A stretch of 64,000 bases of DNA from Acidobacteria bacterium UBA2161 (GTDB lineage: Bacteria > Acidobacteriota > Vicinamibacteria > Vicinamibacterales > UBA823): the NCBI GenBank assembly GCA_002328835.1, contig DCWN01000002.1, forward strand, positions 39,314 to 103,313, read 5' to 3'. The notes beneath the pieces are model-generated. The model was not told where the DNA came from and did no database searches. It worked only from the letters and a program-made list of their open reading frames with translations. Below are positions 29,909 to 39,382 of the stretch, piece by piece. The translations under genes were made by a program, and so were the position numbers. Numbering within the stretch: position 1 is the first letter of the stretch; every line of letters starts with the position of its first letter.

Positions 29909-29937
29909 GCGCGCATCGGTTTGGAACACCTCTCTCC

Positions 29938-31593
29938 TCACCGTCGCAGCCGTCGGAGACGCGACATCACCGCGCTCTCGCCGCGGCCGAAGTGGTCGTG
30001 CAGCTCCAGATACTCCCGGTAGAGCGCGTCGTACTGACCCGCCGCCGTACCGTCCGGCTCGATCGTCTCCGTCGCGAGGCCGGCCATCCGCCCGACGGCG
30101 GTCTCGAGCGATCCGTGGCCGCCCCGGTCGGGACCGGCAGCCAGCGCACCCAGGATCGCCGCGCCGAGGGCCGAGGCGTTCGGCGAGGTGGCGAGCCGGA
30201 TCGGACGCTGCGTGATGTCGGCGTAGATCCGGAGGAGCAGTGGACTCCGCTCGGCCAGTCCGCCGGTGGCCACCAGCTCGGTGACCGGGATCTGCTCGGC
30301 CTCGAACGCGTCGAGAATCCTCCGGGTGCCAAACCCCGTCGCCTCGATCAGGCTGCGATACAGCTCTCCCGCCGTCGTCTGCAGCGACAGCCCGACGATC
30401 AGCCCCGAGAGATCGGCGTTGGCCAGGACGGATCGGTTGCCGTTCCACCAGTCGAGGGCGACCAGACCGTTGCCGCCGGGCCCCGCCGCCGCCGCGTCGG
30501 CTTCGAGGTGGGCGAACGTCGAGGCGCTGTCGGTCGCGGGCGATCCGACCAGACCGGCGAACCAGCCGAAGATGTCGCCGACGGCTGCCTGGCCGGCTTC
30601 GTAGCCGTAAAGCCCCTCGACGATCCCATCCTGCACGATGCCCGCCACGCCCTCGACCGGCGCGTGGCGGTCGGCCAGGAGCATCTGGCAGGTCGACGTG
30701 CCCAGCACGATGACCATCCGGCCGGGCGTGACGACAGTGGCACCGAGCACTCCCGCATGTGCGTCGATGATCGGCGCCGCGACCGGTGTTCCCGCCGCCA
30801 GCCCGAGCCGCGATGCCCACGCCTCGGTCAGGCCGCCGACGCACTGGCCCGGCGGCACGACTTCACCCGGCAGCTTGTCGCGGGCGAAGTGGCGCATCCG
30901 TGGATCGAGGGCTTCGAAGAACTCCGCCGGCGGAAACCCGTGGGCGCGGCTCCAGAGTCCCTTGTATCCCGCGCCGCACGCGTTTCGGATCAGGACGCCG
31001 GTGAGTTGACCGGTGGTCCAATCGGCGGCTTCGACGATCCCGACCGCTGACTCGAAGATCTCTGGATCCTCGTCGAGGATCTGCAGCGCCTTGGCGACGA
31101 GCCACTCCGACGAGGTGCGGCCACCGTAGTCGTCGAGAAAACGCTCGCCGCGCGCCGTGGCGATCTCGTTAATCCGGTCAGCCTGGGGTTGCGCCGCGTG
31201 GTGTTTCCAGAGCTTCACCCAGGCGTGCGGGCGGTCCGCAAATCCCGGACGGAGGCAGAGGGCCTGACCCGCCGAGTCGATCGGCAGCACGGTCGACGCC
31301 GTGAAGTCGATGCCAATGCCTGCGATCGTATCGGCCGCGGTGCCGGCGTCGCGCCGGGCTTCAGTCACGGCGGCAGTCAGTGAGGTCAGGTAGTCCGAGG
31401 GATGCTGCAGGGCCCAGTCGACGCCGAGGGGGCCGCCGCCGGGCAGTTCGCGGTCGATCACGCCGTGCGGGTAGTCCGCGACCGCGGTCGCCAGTTGGCG
31501 CCCCGTCGCCGTCTCGACGATGACGGCCCGGCACGACGCCGTGCCAAAGTCGATCCCAACGGCGCACCCAGCGGCGGCGCTATGCATCGTCAT
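29938..31593 (-). CDS. araB: L-ribulokinase (FGGY family)
   Basis: GIDFGT, WALQHPSDY, GIGIDFTAST, VKLWKHHAAQ, SSEW, IIDAH, YEAGQAAVGD, LDWWNGNRS. Confidence 0.92.
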   Translation of the reverse strand: MTMHSAAAGCAVGIDFGTASCRAVIVETATGRQLATAVADYPHGVIDRELPGGGPLGVDWALQHPSDYLTSLTAAVTEARRDAGTAADTIAGIGIDFTASTVLPIDSAGQALCLRPGFADRPHAWVKLWKHHAAQPQADRINEIATARGERFLDDYGGRTSSEWLVAKALQILDEDPEIFESAVGIVEAADWTTGQLTGVLIRNACGAGYKGLWSRAHGFPPAEFFEALDPRMRHFARDKLPGEVVPPGQCVGGLTEAWASRLGLAAGTPVAAPIIDAHAGVLGATVVTPGRMVIVLGTSTCQMLLADRHAPVEGVAGIVQDGIVEGLYGYEAGQAAVGDIFGWFAGLVGSPATDSASTFAHLEADAAAAGPGGNGLVALDWWNGNRSVLANADLSGLIVGLSLQTTAGELYRSLIEATGFGTRRILDAFEAEQIPVTELVATGGLAERSPLLLRIYADITQRPIRLATSPNASALGAAILGALAAGPDRGGHGSLETAVGRMAGLATETIEPDGTAAGQYDALYREYLELHDHFGRGESAVMSRLRRLRR

Positions 31594-31610
31594 CTGTCAT
31601 CTGTCGCGCG

Positions 31611-33266
31611 TCACGAGCGGAACTCGGCGGCCTGGTGGCGATCGAGATCGTCGTCGACGTCGCCGCAGAGCGTGACCCGGAGGCCAAGTTCACGCGCCAT
31701 CGCTGCCTTCATGACGAGCGCCTGGCGCGCTCGTGGCGCGTCGGGCGCGTACGCGACTTGCACATGGTTCGACTGATGCTGCGCCATCATCTGGTCGCGG
31801 GTTACGCCATACAGCACGGCATGCATGATCGGCCAGTGCGGCGTCGTCAGGCGCCAGCGGCGTTCGGTCTCCTCGTCGGGCAGCCGCACGACGCCGCCGC
31901 GGCCGATGTCCATCTGGAGTGCGCCGTCCGCCACGTACACCCGGCTCCAGACGATCTCGCCCGGCCGGCTCACGCCCTTCAGCGTCGAGCCGCCGCGTGG
32001 AAAATACATGGCCGGTTGGCGCTCGCCGACGGCACCGGCGTACCCGTCGATGAAGTGGCTGGCGGGTGCGGCGCCCGAGATCTCGAAGACCCAGACGAAC
32101 TCGTCGATCCCCTGGGCGTGGACCACTTCGCCCCAGCGCACGTCGTGCAAGGTCGTCGATGGGTCGAGATCGAGGGCCGTCCAGACGCGATTGGTCAGGA
32201 GCGCATCGACGCCGGCGCACTCATCGACTTCGTTGAAATGCGGAATCGCGCGGCCCTCGAAGACCGGCCGTCCGCCGTCGCCCACGACGGGCGGGCGATC
32301 GGGGTTGTTGAGCAGCCCCTCGGCGAGATCCGACGCCACACAGACGTCCTTCAGACCCTGTTGGTACTGGATGCCGATGGCGTCGCAGCCGAACCGGTCG
32401 GCCAGGGTCGCGGCCGCGTCATACATCTTCAGGCCTTCGATCACCTGGTCCTCGGTGAGGTCCGCCGCCGGGTCGGGCCCGAAGCGGAACCGCATGCCGC
32501 GCTGCCGCAGCCAGTCGTAGTGGCCGCGCGCCGTCGCGTCGTCGACCTCGCGCATCGCGGCGTAGAGCGCCGACTGGCTCAGGCGCTCCTTGAAGAGGCC
32601 GAGGGGGTGGAGCAGGTGATCGGGAACGATCGCGTTGAACATGCCCATGCAGCCTTCGTCGAATACCCCCAGCAGCGCGCGATCGGCGCGGAGGTGCGAG
32701 CCGGCCGCCCGCCCCCGCACCTCGAACTCCTGGCACTCCAGCGGCCACCGGTGAGCGTCGAGCGGCCGTGCGTGGGAGGTGTCGTGGACGATCTGGCCGC
32801 CGTCGAGCCACTCGGCGAGTCCGCGCCGGGCGAAGTCATCCTGGAAATCGACACTCCAGATGCTGCTGTAGGCGATGCCAGCCTTGGTCAGCGACCCGTT
32901 CAGATTGAGCAGCCCGACGAGGCCGGGCCATTCGCCGCTCCAGTTGGCGAGGGTCAGGATCGGCGCGCGGTGGCGGAGCAGTCCGGCCAGGACGTGGCTC
33001 GAGTACTGCCAGACCGCGGTGGCGACGACGAGTGGCACCTGCGGGTCGATCTGTCGAAAGACCTCGAGCCCGCGCGCCTGTCCGTCGATGAACCCGTGAC
33101 CCGCCTCGGCGTCCGGTGTGTGCGCGCGCTGGGTCGCGTGGCCCAGGTCTGCGAAGGCGGCCTGGACGGTGGCTTCGAGCGCCTGTTGCGCCGGCCAGCA
33201 CCGGCGGTTGGCACTCGGCCTCGAATCTCCGCTGGCCACGATGAGGATCGGCGGCGTGGTGGTCAT
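31611..33266 (-). CDS. L-fucose/L-arabinose isomerase-like protein
   Basis: [59 protein letters not shown]; adjacent to araB. Confidence 0.8.
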   Translation of the reverse strand: MTTTPPILIVASGDSRPSANRRCWPAQQALEATVQAAFADLGHATQRAHTPDAEAGHGFIDGQARGLEVFRQIDPQVPLVVATAVWQYSSHVLAGLLRHRAPILTLANWSGEWPGLVGLLNLNGSLTKAGIAYSSIWSVDFQDDFARRGLAEWLDGGQIVHDTSHARPLDAHRWPLECQEFEVRGRAAGSHLRADRALLGVFDEGCMGMFNAIVPDHLLHPLGLFKERLSQSALYAAMREVDDATARGHYDWLRQRGMRFRFGPDPAADLTEDQVIEGLKMYDAAATLADRFGCDAIGIQYQQGLKDVCVASDLAEGLLNNPDRPPVVGDGGRPVFEGRAIPHFNEVDECAGVDALLTNRVWTALDLDPSTTLHDVRWGEVVHAQGIDEFVWVFEISGAAPASHFIDGYAGAVGERQPAMYFPRGGSTLKGVSRPGEIVWSRVYVADGALQMDIGRGGVVRLPDEETERRWRLTTPHWPIMHAVLYGVTRDQMMAQHQSNHVQVAYAPDAPRARQALVMKAAMARELGLRVTLCGDVDDDLDRHQAAEFRS

Positions 33267-33408
33267 CGGCTCAGAACCCGGCGTCGAGGGCTGTGCCGGC
33301 CGCGGGCCAGTGGACGCTGCCGACAGCCTGTAGCATACTCGACGCGCCTCGGAGCCCGAACGGCCGCGGGCCGGTCGCGCTACGACGTGGGAACCGCCCT
33401 TGGGGGGG

Positions 33409-33416
33409 GGAGGTGA
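33409..33416 (+). promoter_or_regulatory. Strong Shine-Dalgarno for the hybrid kinase, overlapping the end of a G9 tract (33402-33410)
   Basis: GGAGGTGA is fully complementary to the canonical 16S 3' end; 6 nt before in-frame CTG 33423. Confidence 0.55.
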
Positions 33417-33422
33417 GGGTCG

Positions 33423-34616
33423 CTGGCCAAGAAGGTTCGGACGGAGGGTGCCGCGGCGCCTGCACTCGACGCGCAGCGTCGGGAGGCGGAGCAACTTCAG
33501 GCGATCGGCCGCCTGGCCGGCGGTGTCGCCCACGACTTCAACAATCTTCTGACGTCGATCAACGGGTTCGCGCAGCTCGTGCTCGAGGATCTGCCATCCG
33601 ACCATCCTTCGGTCGACGACATCAAGGAGATCCTCGGCGCCGGTCAACGGGCGGCCGAACTCACGAACCAGTTGCTGGCCTTCAGCCAGCGCCAGATTCT
33701 CCAGCCGCAGGTCGTCGACGTCGGCACCTTGATCAACAGCTGCGCCGCGCGGCTACGGAAGCTGCTCGGCGATCAGATTGACGTGGTTGTCGTCCTGGAC
33801 CGGACGCCGCAAAGCGTGTCGGTCGATCCGGCGCAGTTCGAGCAGGTGCTGTCGAACCTGGCGACCAGCGCGCGGGAAGCGATGCCCGAGTCTGGCCGAT
33901 TCTCCATCGAGACGTCACCTGAGGTGTTCGACGACACCTATGTCGGGGCCCATCTCGGCGCGCGCCGAGGCCGCCACGTGGCGATCGCGGTGAGTGACAC
34001 CGGACCGGGCATCGACGACGAGACGCAGGCGCATCTCTTCGAGCCGTTCTTCACGACCAAGACACATGGCAAGGGCGCCGGCCTGGGGCTGGCGACGGTG
34101 TACGGCATCGTCACGCAGAGCGGGGGGCATGTCACCGCGGAGGCTGGCGCAGGTGGCGGGACGACCTTTCGAATCTACCTGCCCGAGGTCGACGCCGAGG
34201 CCAGGGCCGACGTGCCGGCGCCGCGCGCGACTGCCGAGCGACCGCGCGGCAGCGAGACGATTCTGCTCGTCGATGACGAGGATTCGGTGCGGCAACTGGC
34301 CAGCCAGTTGCTTCGGAAGAGCGGGTACACCGTGATCGAAGCCGCGGACGGCCCGGCTGCGGTTCGCCTCTGCCGTGACCTCCCGCGACCGGTCGATCTA
34401 CTGCTGACCGACGTGGTCATGCCGCGGATGAACGGACGGGAACTGGCCGCCGAAGTCAACGCCCTCTGTCCGGCCTTGAAGGTGCTGTACATGTCGGGCT
34501 TCGCGGACCACGCGATCGTGCACGACGGTATTCTCGACGCCGGGCTCGCGTTTCTGCCGAAGCCGTTGACGATGGACACGTTGACCCGCAAGGTCCGTGA
34601 CGTCCTCGATGCCTGA
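33423..34616 (+). CDS. Sensor-less hybrid histidine kinase (HisKA-HATPase-REC, CckA-like); CTG start proposed, possibly a pseudogene
   Basis: H-box [18 protein letters not shown] lies in frame upstream of the tracked GTG 33579; [15 protein letters not shown]; REC domain [19 protein letters not shown]. Confidence 0.82.
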   Translation: MAKKVRTEGAAAPALDAQRREAEQLQAIGRLAGGVAHDFNNLLTSINGFAQLVLEDLPSDHPSVDDIKEILGAGQRAAELTNQLLAFSQRQILQPQVVDVGTLINSCAARLRKLLGDQIDVVVVLDRTPQSVSVDPAQFEQVLSNLATSAREAMPESGRFSIETSPEVFDDTYVGAHLGARRGRHVAIAVSDTGPGIDDETQAHLFEPFFTTKTHGKGAGLGLATVYGIVTQSGGHVTAEAGAGGGTTFRIYLPEVDAEARADVPAPRATAERPRGSETILLVDDEDSVRQLASQLLRKSGYTVIEAADGPAAVRLCRDLPRPVDLLLTDVVMPRMNGRELAAEVNALCPALKVLYMSGFADHAIVHDGILDAGLAFLPKPLTMDTLTRKVRDVLDA

Positions 34617-34660
34617 CCGCTTCTAGGGGCCGCCTTGGCTCACTCCGCGACAGGACACCG

Positions 34661-35500
34661 ATGAACGACGGGCTGAAGGCCGAACCAAGAGACGGACGCG
34701 AGCGTCAGGGATCGTCCCCTGGGTCGGCGGGCGGACCGTCTCGCGGCGCGCCGTTCGAGCGCTTCGTCCCCGACCTGCTGGAGCACGGCGGCCCGAGGAG
34801 TGGCGAGCCTCAGACGCTCGGTCGGCGGCTCTTCGTGCAACTCCAGGTCTTCACCGGGTGCCTCGACCCGACACCGGCGATCGACGCCGTCCGCGAGAGT
34901 GGGCTCGAGGCCGTCGTCTACGCCAACCTGAACGACCCGCGCGGTGTGGGCGTCCTGCTGCTCACGGAGGAGCCGGCGGTGCTGGCCGAGGCGGGGCGCG
35001 AGTTGCTGCTGGCGCCCGCGTTGGCGGCGCTGACGCCGTTGCCGGACTTCGCCATGCTCGGACGCACCTACGGCAGCGGCCGCGAGGTCGATCTCGAGGA
35101 CTTCATCCTCCGCAAGGCGCGCCGGCACGCGTTGAATCCGGCCCACGTCTGGGCGATCTGGTACCCGCTGCGGCGCGCCGGGGCCTTCAACCGGCTCGAT
35201 CCCGGCGAGCAGGGGAGGATCATGGGCGAGCACGCGATGATAGGGCGTGGCTACGGCGAAGCCGGCTACGCCGCCGACATCCGCCTCGAGTGTCACGGCC
35301 TCGACCGCGACGACAACGAGTTCGTCCTGGGCATTCTGGGCACCGACCTCCACCCGCTGTCGAAGTTGATCAAGGACATGCGATCGACGCGCCAGACCTC
35401 CGAGTTCATGCAGGCGATGGGGCCGTTCTTCGTGGGGCGTGCCGTCTACCAGGCGCCGTGTCCCGAGAGCGTGCTGGCATCCGGAGACGGCGGATACTGA
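34661..35500 (+). CDS. Chlorite dismutase/coproheme decarboxylase (ChdC/HemQ-like) heme protein
   Basis: WYPLRR, IMGEHAMIGRGY (proximal His), GLDRDDNEFV, MR...TS...GPFFVG. Confidence 0.8.
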   Translation: MNDGLKAEPRDGRERQGSSPGSAGGPSRGAPFERFVPDLLEHGGPRSGEPQTLGRRLFVQLQVFTGCLDPTPAIDAVRESGLEAVVYANLNDPRGVGVLLLTEEPAVLAEAGRELLLAPALAALTPLPDFAMLGRTYGSGREVDLEDFILRKARRHALNPAHVWAIWYPLRRAGAFNRLDPGEQGRIMGEHAMIGRGYGEAGYAADIRLECHGLDRDDNEFVLGILGTDLHPLSKLIKDMRSTRQTSEFMQAMGPFFVGRAVYQAPCPESVLASGDGGY

Positions 35501-35502
35501 CG

Positions 35503-36504
35503 ATGCGCCGTGCGGTGAATCTGGCGGCGAGCCTGGTCCTGGCGTGCACGCTGGCCGGGTGCGCCGGGTCGGTGGGCGAGGGTGTTGCCGACGGCGCGCC
35601 GGCCATCGATGCGGCGGATCTGAAGGCCCGCCTCGACACGCTGCTCGAACCGGGTCGGCCGGACGGCATCAGGGCCAGCGTCTGGGTCGGCGGACCGACC
35701 GGAGCGCCGTGGTTCACCCACGAGCCGGGCGTCGTGCGCGCTGCCGCGAGCGCCATCAAGACGGCCTACCTCGTCGAATGGTTCGACCTGCATCGTGCGG
35801 CGCTCGATGCGCCGGTCGAGGGCGCGGTCGACATCGTCGCCGACACGACCCACCCGGCGGTGGCCCACTTCGAGGCTGGCCAACTCGAGGAGATCCGACG
35901 CGAGATCGGCGGTGCGTCGGCTCGTCGGATCGGGCAGATGATGATCCGCGGGACCGACGTGTCGAATGTCGTCTACAACGCGGCCGCGAATGTCGTCGCG
36001 GCGCTGCTGGGCGGTCCGGCCGAGCTGACCGAACGGATCCGGGCGCGGGACGCGGCGTTCGACGGACTGACGGTGCGCCGCTACATGTTGGCGGCGCGGG
36101 ATGCGACCGGCGACAACGAGGCGACCGCCGAGTCGCTGGCGGCGGTCCTGCAGCGGATTGCGTCGCGCCGGCTACCCGGCGTCGACGACGAGACCGCCCG
36201 GGCGATCCGGAAGATCCTGCGCCTGCCCGACGACGACGGGGCCGGGCGCGGTCACTACTTCAAGAGCGGCAGCCTGAACAGCGACCCGCTGGTGCGGATC
36301 CGCTCGGGGTTCTGGGACCTGCCGGAGGGGATCGTCGTCTACGTCGTCATCGTCGAACAGCCCGATCCCGCCGCGCTGCCGCGGGACGAGGCCGGCGCAC
36401 GGCTGGATCGCGTCAGCCGGAAGACGGCCGACGCGGTCGTGCGGGACGCTCGGCTGGCGATGCGGGCGGCGCGTGATACAGGGCGGCCTGACGGCCGCCG
36501 ATAG
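35503..36504 (+). CDS. Serine hydrolase lipoprotein (class A beta-lactamase-like fold)
   Basis: Lipobox LAGC, ASAIK (SxxK), DNEATA, KSG triad. Confidence 0.72.
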   Translation: MRRAVNLAASLVLACTLAGCAGSVGEGVADGAPAIDAADLKARLDTLLEPGRPDGIRASVWVGGPTGAPWFTHEPGVVRAAASAIKTAYLVEWFDLHRAALDAPVEGAVDIVADTTHPAVAHFEAGQLEEIRREIGGASARRIGQMMIRGTDVSNVVYNAAANVVAALLGGPAELTERIRARDAAFDGLTVRRYMLAARDATGDNEATAESLAAVLQRIASRRLPGVDDETARAIRKILRLPDDDGAGRGHYFKSGSLNSDPLVRIRSGFWDLPEGIVVYVVIVEQPDPAALPRDEAGARLDRVSRKTADAVVRDARLAMRAARDTGRPDGRR

Positions 36505-36511
36505 TCGTCGT

Positions 36512-37408
36512 ATGCGAGTTCTGCTGATCCTTCCGACGGCGTTCGTGGTGCTCATCGGCGGCCAGGCGTGGCCGGCGGCGTCACAGGACGCTGAGTTGCG
36601 CGTCGACGTCACCCATCGCGCTCGATCGATTCAGCCTGGTGAGGTGGTGCGGGTCACCGCGACGTTCTCGCGCCCGGTGAGCGCCGTCCGTGCCGCGGTA
36701 TTCGATCGGACGGTGGCGTTCCAGCCGATCGGCGATCGACGCACGTGGGAAGGCCTCGTCGGCATCGATCTCGACGTCGACGTGCGCGAGCACGCACTCT
36801 CGATCGCCGGCACGGCGCCTGATGGCGCGACGGCGCGTACGCAGTATCCGCTGCCGATCGTGACCAAGGCCTTTGCGACGCGGCGCCTCACCGTCGCGCC
36901 CGAATACGTGACCCCGCCCGACGACGTTGTCGAGCGGATTCAGCGGGAAGCGGCCCGGACGACCAAGCTCTTCAACACGCCGACGCCGGTGGCGCACTGG
37001 CGCGGCGGTTTCCTCCGTCCGGTCCCGGGAGAGGCGACGAGCGCATTCGGGCGGCGGAGCGTCTTCAATGGTCAGGCCCGCAGTCCGCACAGCGGAGCCG
37101 ACTTCCGCGCGGGCGAGGGCACGCCGGTCCAAGCGCCGAATTCGGGCACGGTCGTCCTGGCCGAGGATCTGTACTTCTCGGGAAACTGCGTCATCATCGA
37201 TCACGGCCTAGGCCTCTACTCGTTCTTTGCGCATCTGTCGCGGATTGGCGTGGCCGAGGGCGATCGGGTCGACCCCGGCGACACCATCGGCGACGTCGGC
37301 GCCACGGGACGCGTCACCGGACCGCATCTGCACTGGACCGTGCGCCTGAACACGGCCCGAGTCGACCCGCTGTCGCTGATGGCCGTCCTGAGCGACGGCG
37401 ATCGATAG
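36512..37408 (+). CDS. M23 family metallopeptidase
   Basis: HSGAD (HxxxD), IIDHG, FAHLS, GATGRVTGPHLHW; signal peptide. Confidence 0.92.
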   Translation: MRVLLILPTAFVVLIGGQAWPAASQDAELRVDVTHRARSIQPGEVVRVTATFSRPVSAVRAAVFDRTVAFQPIGDRRTWEGLVGIDLDVDVREHALSIAGTAPDGATARTQYPLPIVTKAFATRRLTVAPEYVTPPDDVVERIQREAARTTKLFNTPTPVAHWRGGFLRPVPGEATSAFGRRSVFNGQARSPHSGADFRAGEGTPVQAPNSGTVVLAEDLYFSGNCVIIDHGLGLYSFFAHLSRIGVAEGDRVDPGDTIGDVGATGRVTGPHLHWTVRLNTARVDPLSLMAVLSDGDR

Positions 37409-37528
37409 CGCGCCGGGTTCACCCTCCTCGCACTTCCTGTTGCGCTGCCCGGGGTCGGGCCATGCTTGCCGAACGTCGTCCAGGAGGCGATGATAGCGGC
37501 CGCGGGTTGCCTACCTGCGGATCTTTCG

Positions 37529-38086
37529 ATGAGCAGTCGCATCGCCATGCACCCCCTGTCGACGCCGCTGGGGGAGATCGTCGCCGCGGTGTCCGACAGC
37601 GGACTGTGTGCGCTGGAGTATCCGCGGCTCGAGCGGCGCCGCCTGCTCGATGCCCGATTGCGCCGATGGTTTCCTGAGGCCGAGGTCGTCGAGGGCGCGA
37701 CCGCAGCCCACGAACCGATCGCCACCTGGCTCGACCGCTATTTCGCCGGTGACGCTCCACCTCACGACGCCGTCGCGCTCGATCTGCGCGGCACGCCGTT
37801 CGAGCGCTCGGTCTGGCGTGAACTGTTGCGCATTCGCGACGGTCGAACCGAGACCTACGGCGCGCTGGCACGGCGGCTCGGCCGTCCCACGGGCGCGCGG
37901 GCGGTCGGCCTGGCGGTCGGCCGGAACCCCGCGAGCATCATCGTCCCGTGCCACCGGGTCGTGGGTGCCAGTGGCGCGTTGACGGGGTACGGCGGCGGCC
38001 TCGACCGGAAACGATGGTTGCTGGCGCACGAAGGGGTCGCCTTCGGCGCGGCGCCACAACGGCTGGCGTTCGATGCAAGAGGCTGA
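37529..38086 (+). CDS. ogt: Methylated-DNA-protein-cysteine methyltransferase
   Basis: GTPFERSVW, ARAVG, IIVPCHRVVG, GYGGGLDRK. Confidence 0.92.
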   Translation: MSSRIAMHPLSTPLGEIVAAVSDSGLCALEYPRLERRRLLDARLRRWFPEAEVVEGATAAHEPIATWLDRYFAGDAPPHDAVALDLRGTPFERSVWRELLRIRDGRTETYGALARRLGRPTGARAVGLAVGRNPASIIVPCHRVVGASGALTGYGGGLDRKRWLLAHEGVAFGAAPQRLAFDARG

Positions 38087-38104
38087 GGTGGAGGTCGTTT
38101 CTCA

Positions 38105-39358
38105 GTGGACCTGACCCGGATCCGGGGCCTGGCGTTCCTCGCGTTGGTCCTCGCGCTGTGCGCGGGTCCACTCGAACAAGAGGTCGCCGGCCAGTCGGCC
38201 TACCTGGTCGTTCGCCACGCCACGCTGCTCCCTGAGATCTCCGAGGCTCCGGGAGCGGACCGCGCCATCATCATCCACGGCGGCGTCATTACGTGGATAG
38301 GCGCCGACCCCGATGTCGAAGCGCCGCCGACCGCGGTCGAACTCGATGCTGGTGGCCGAGTCGTCATCCCTGGCCTCATCGATCTACATCAGCATGCGGC
38401 GAGCGTGTCGCCGTCACCGGCGGCGTGGCTGGCCCACGGGGTCACGAGCATTCGGGACCCGGGTGCCGCGCTCGATGTCGCACGCCAGACGCAACGCTCG
38501 ATCGATGGCGGCCTGCTCGAAGGGCCGCGCGTGTTCATCGGCCTCGAGCTGGCCCTGGCCGCGGGCCAGACGCGCGGCGCCGTACGAAGGCTCATCGCGG
38601 ATGCCGCCATCGACGTCGATCTCCTGCAACTCGATCGCGCGACCCCGCCCGCGCAAGCCCAGGTTGCCATTCTGGAGGCCCATGCTCGAGGGCTTCCGGT
38701 GACCTGGCACCTCGGCCTGCCGTTGGCCCGCGCGCTGGACCTCGAGGTTGACGGCGTCGAGCATCTCGATATCTTCCGTGGCCTGGCGCCGCCGCTCGAA
38801 CCGGCTTCGGCCGAGTCGCTGCTGCGTGGCTTCCGCCGCTGGGCCGAGCTCGATCCGTCATCCGACGGGATACAGGACCTCTTCCGCCGGCTCGCCGCCA
38901 GCCGGACCGTCTGGACGCCAACGCTCGTCCAGGCGCATCGGATCGCCGGCGACGAGCTGGCGCGCTCGCGGAGCCTCGGCGATCGGGCGGCGGCGATGCG
39001 TGGCCTCGATGCGGCGTGTCGCACGATCGCCCTGGCGGCCGGGCTGGGCGTGCTGATCGGCGCCGGCACGAGCACCGACCGGCCCGCCGACCTGCACGAG
39101 GAACTGGCGCTGCTGGTGCGCTGTGGTCTGACCGCGACCGAAGCGCTGCGCAGTGCCACGACCACCGCGGCGGCGGCGCTCGGCCGACAGTCGATGCTCG
39201 GTGCGATCGTCCCGGGGCACCTCGCCGACCTCGTCCTGCTCGATGCCGACCCGTCCGATGACATTCGCGCGACGGCGCGCGTCTGGCGCGTCGTGAAGGA
39301 CGGTCGTGTGCATGATCCAACTCGGCTCGCGCCAGCCGAGCCCGGAACCATTCGGTGA
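38105..39358 (+). CDS. Secreted amidohydrolase family protein with degenerate metal site
   Basis: PGLIDLHQH, GVTSIRDPG, GPRVF, VEH, LGAIVPGHLADLVLLDADP. Confidence 0.8.
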   Translation: MDLTRIRGLAFLALVLALCAGPLEQEVAGQSAYLVVRHATLLPEISEAPGADRAIIIHGGVITWIGADPDVEAPPTAVELDAGGRVVIPGLIDLHQHAASVSPSPAAWLAHGVTSIRDPGAALDVARQTQRSIDGGLLEGPRVFIGLELALAAGQTRGAVRRLIADAAIDVDLLQLDRATPPAQAQVAILEAHARGLPVTWHLGLPLARALDLEVDGVEHLDIFRGLAPPLEPASAESLLRGFRRWAELDPSSDGIQDLFRRLAASRTVWTPTLVQAHRIAGDELARSRSLGDRAAAMRGLDAACRTIALAAGLGVLIGAGTSTDRPADLHEELALLVRCGLTATEALRSATTTAAAALGRQSMLGAIVPGHLADLVLLDADPSDDIRATARVWRVVKDGRVHDPTRLAPAEPGTIR

Positions 39359-39382
39359 CACTTCTTTGAAGGGAGACGCGAT

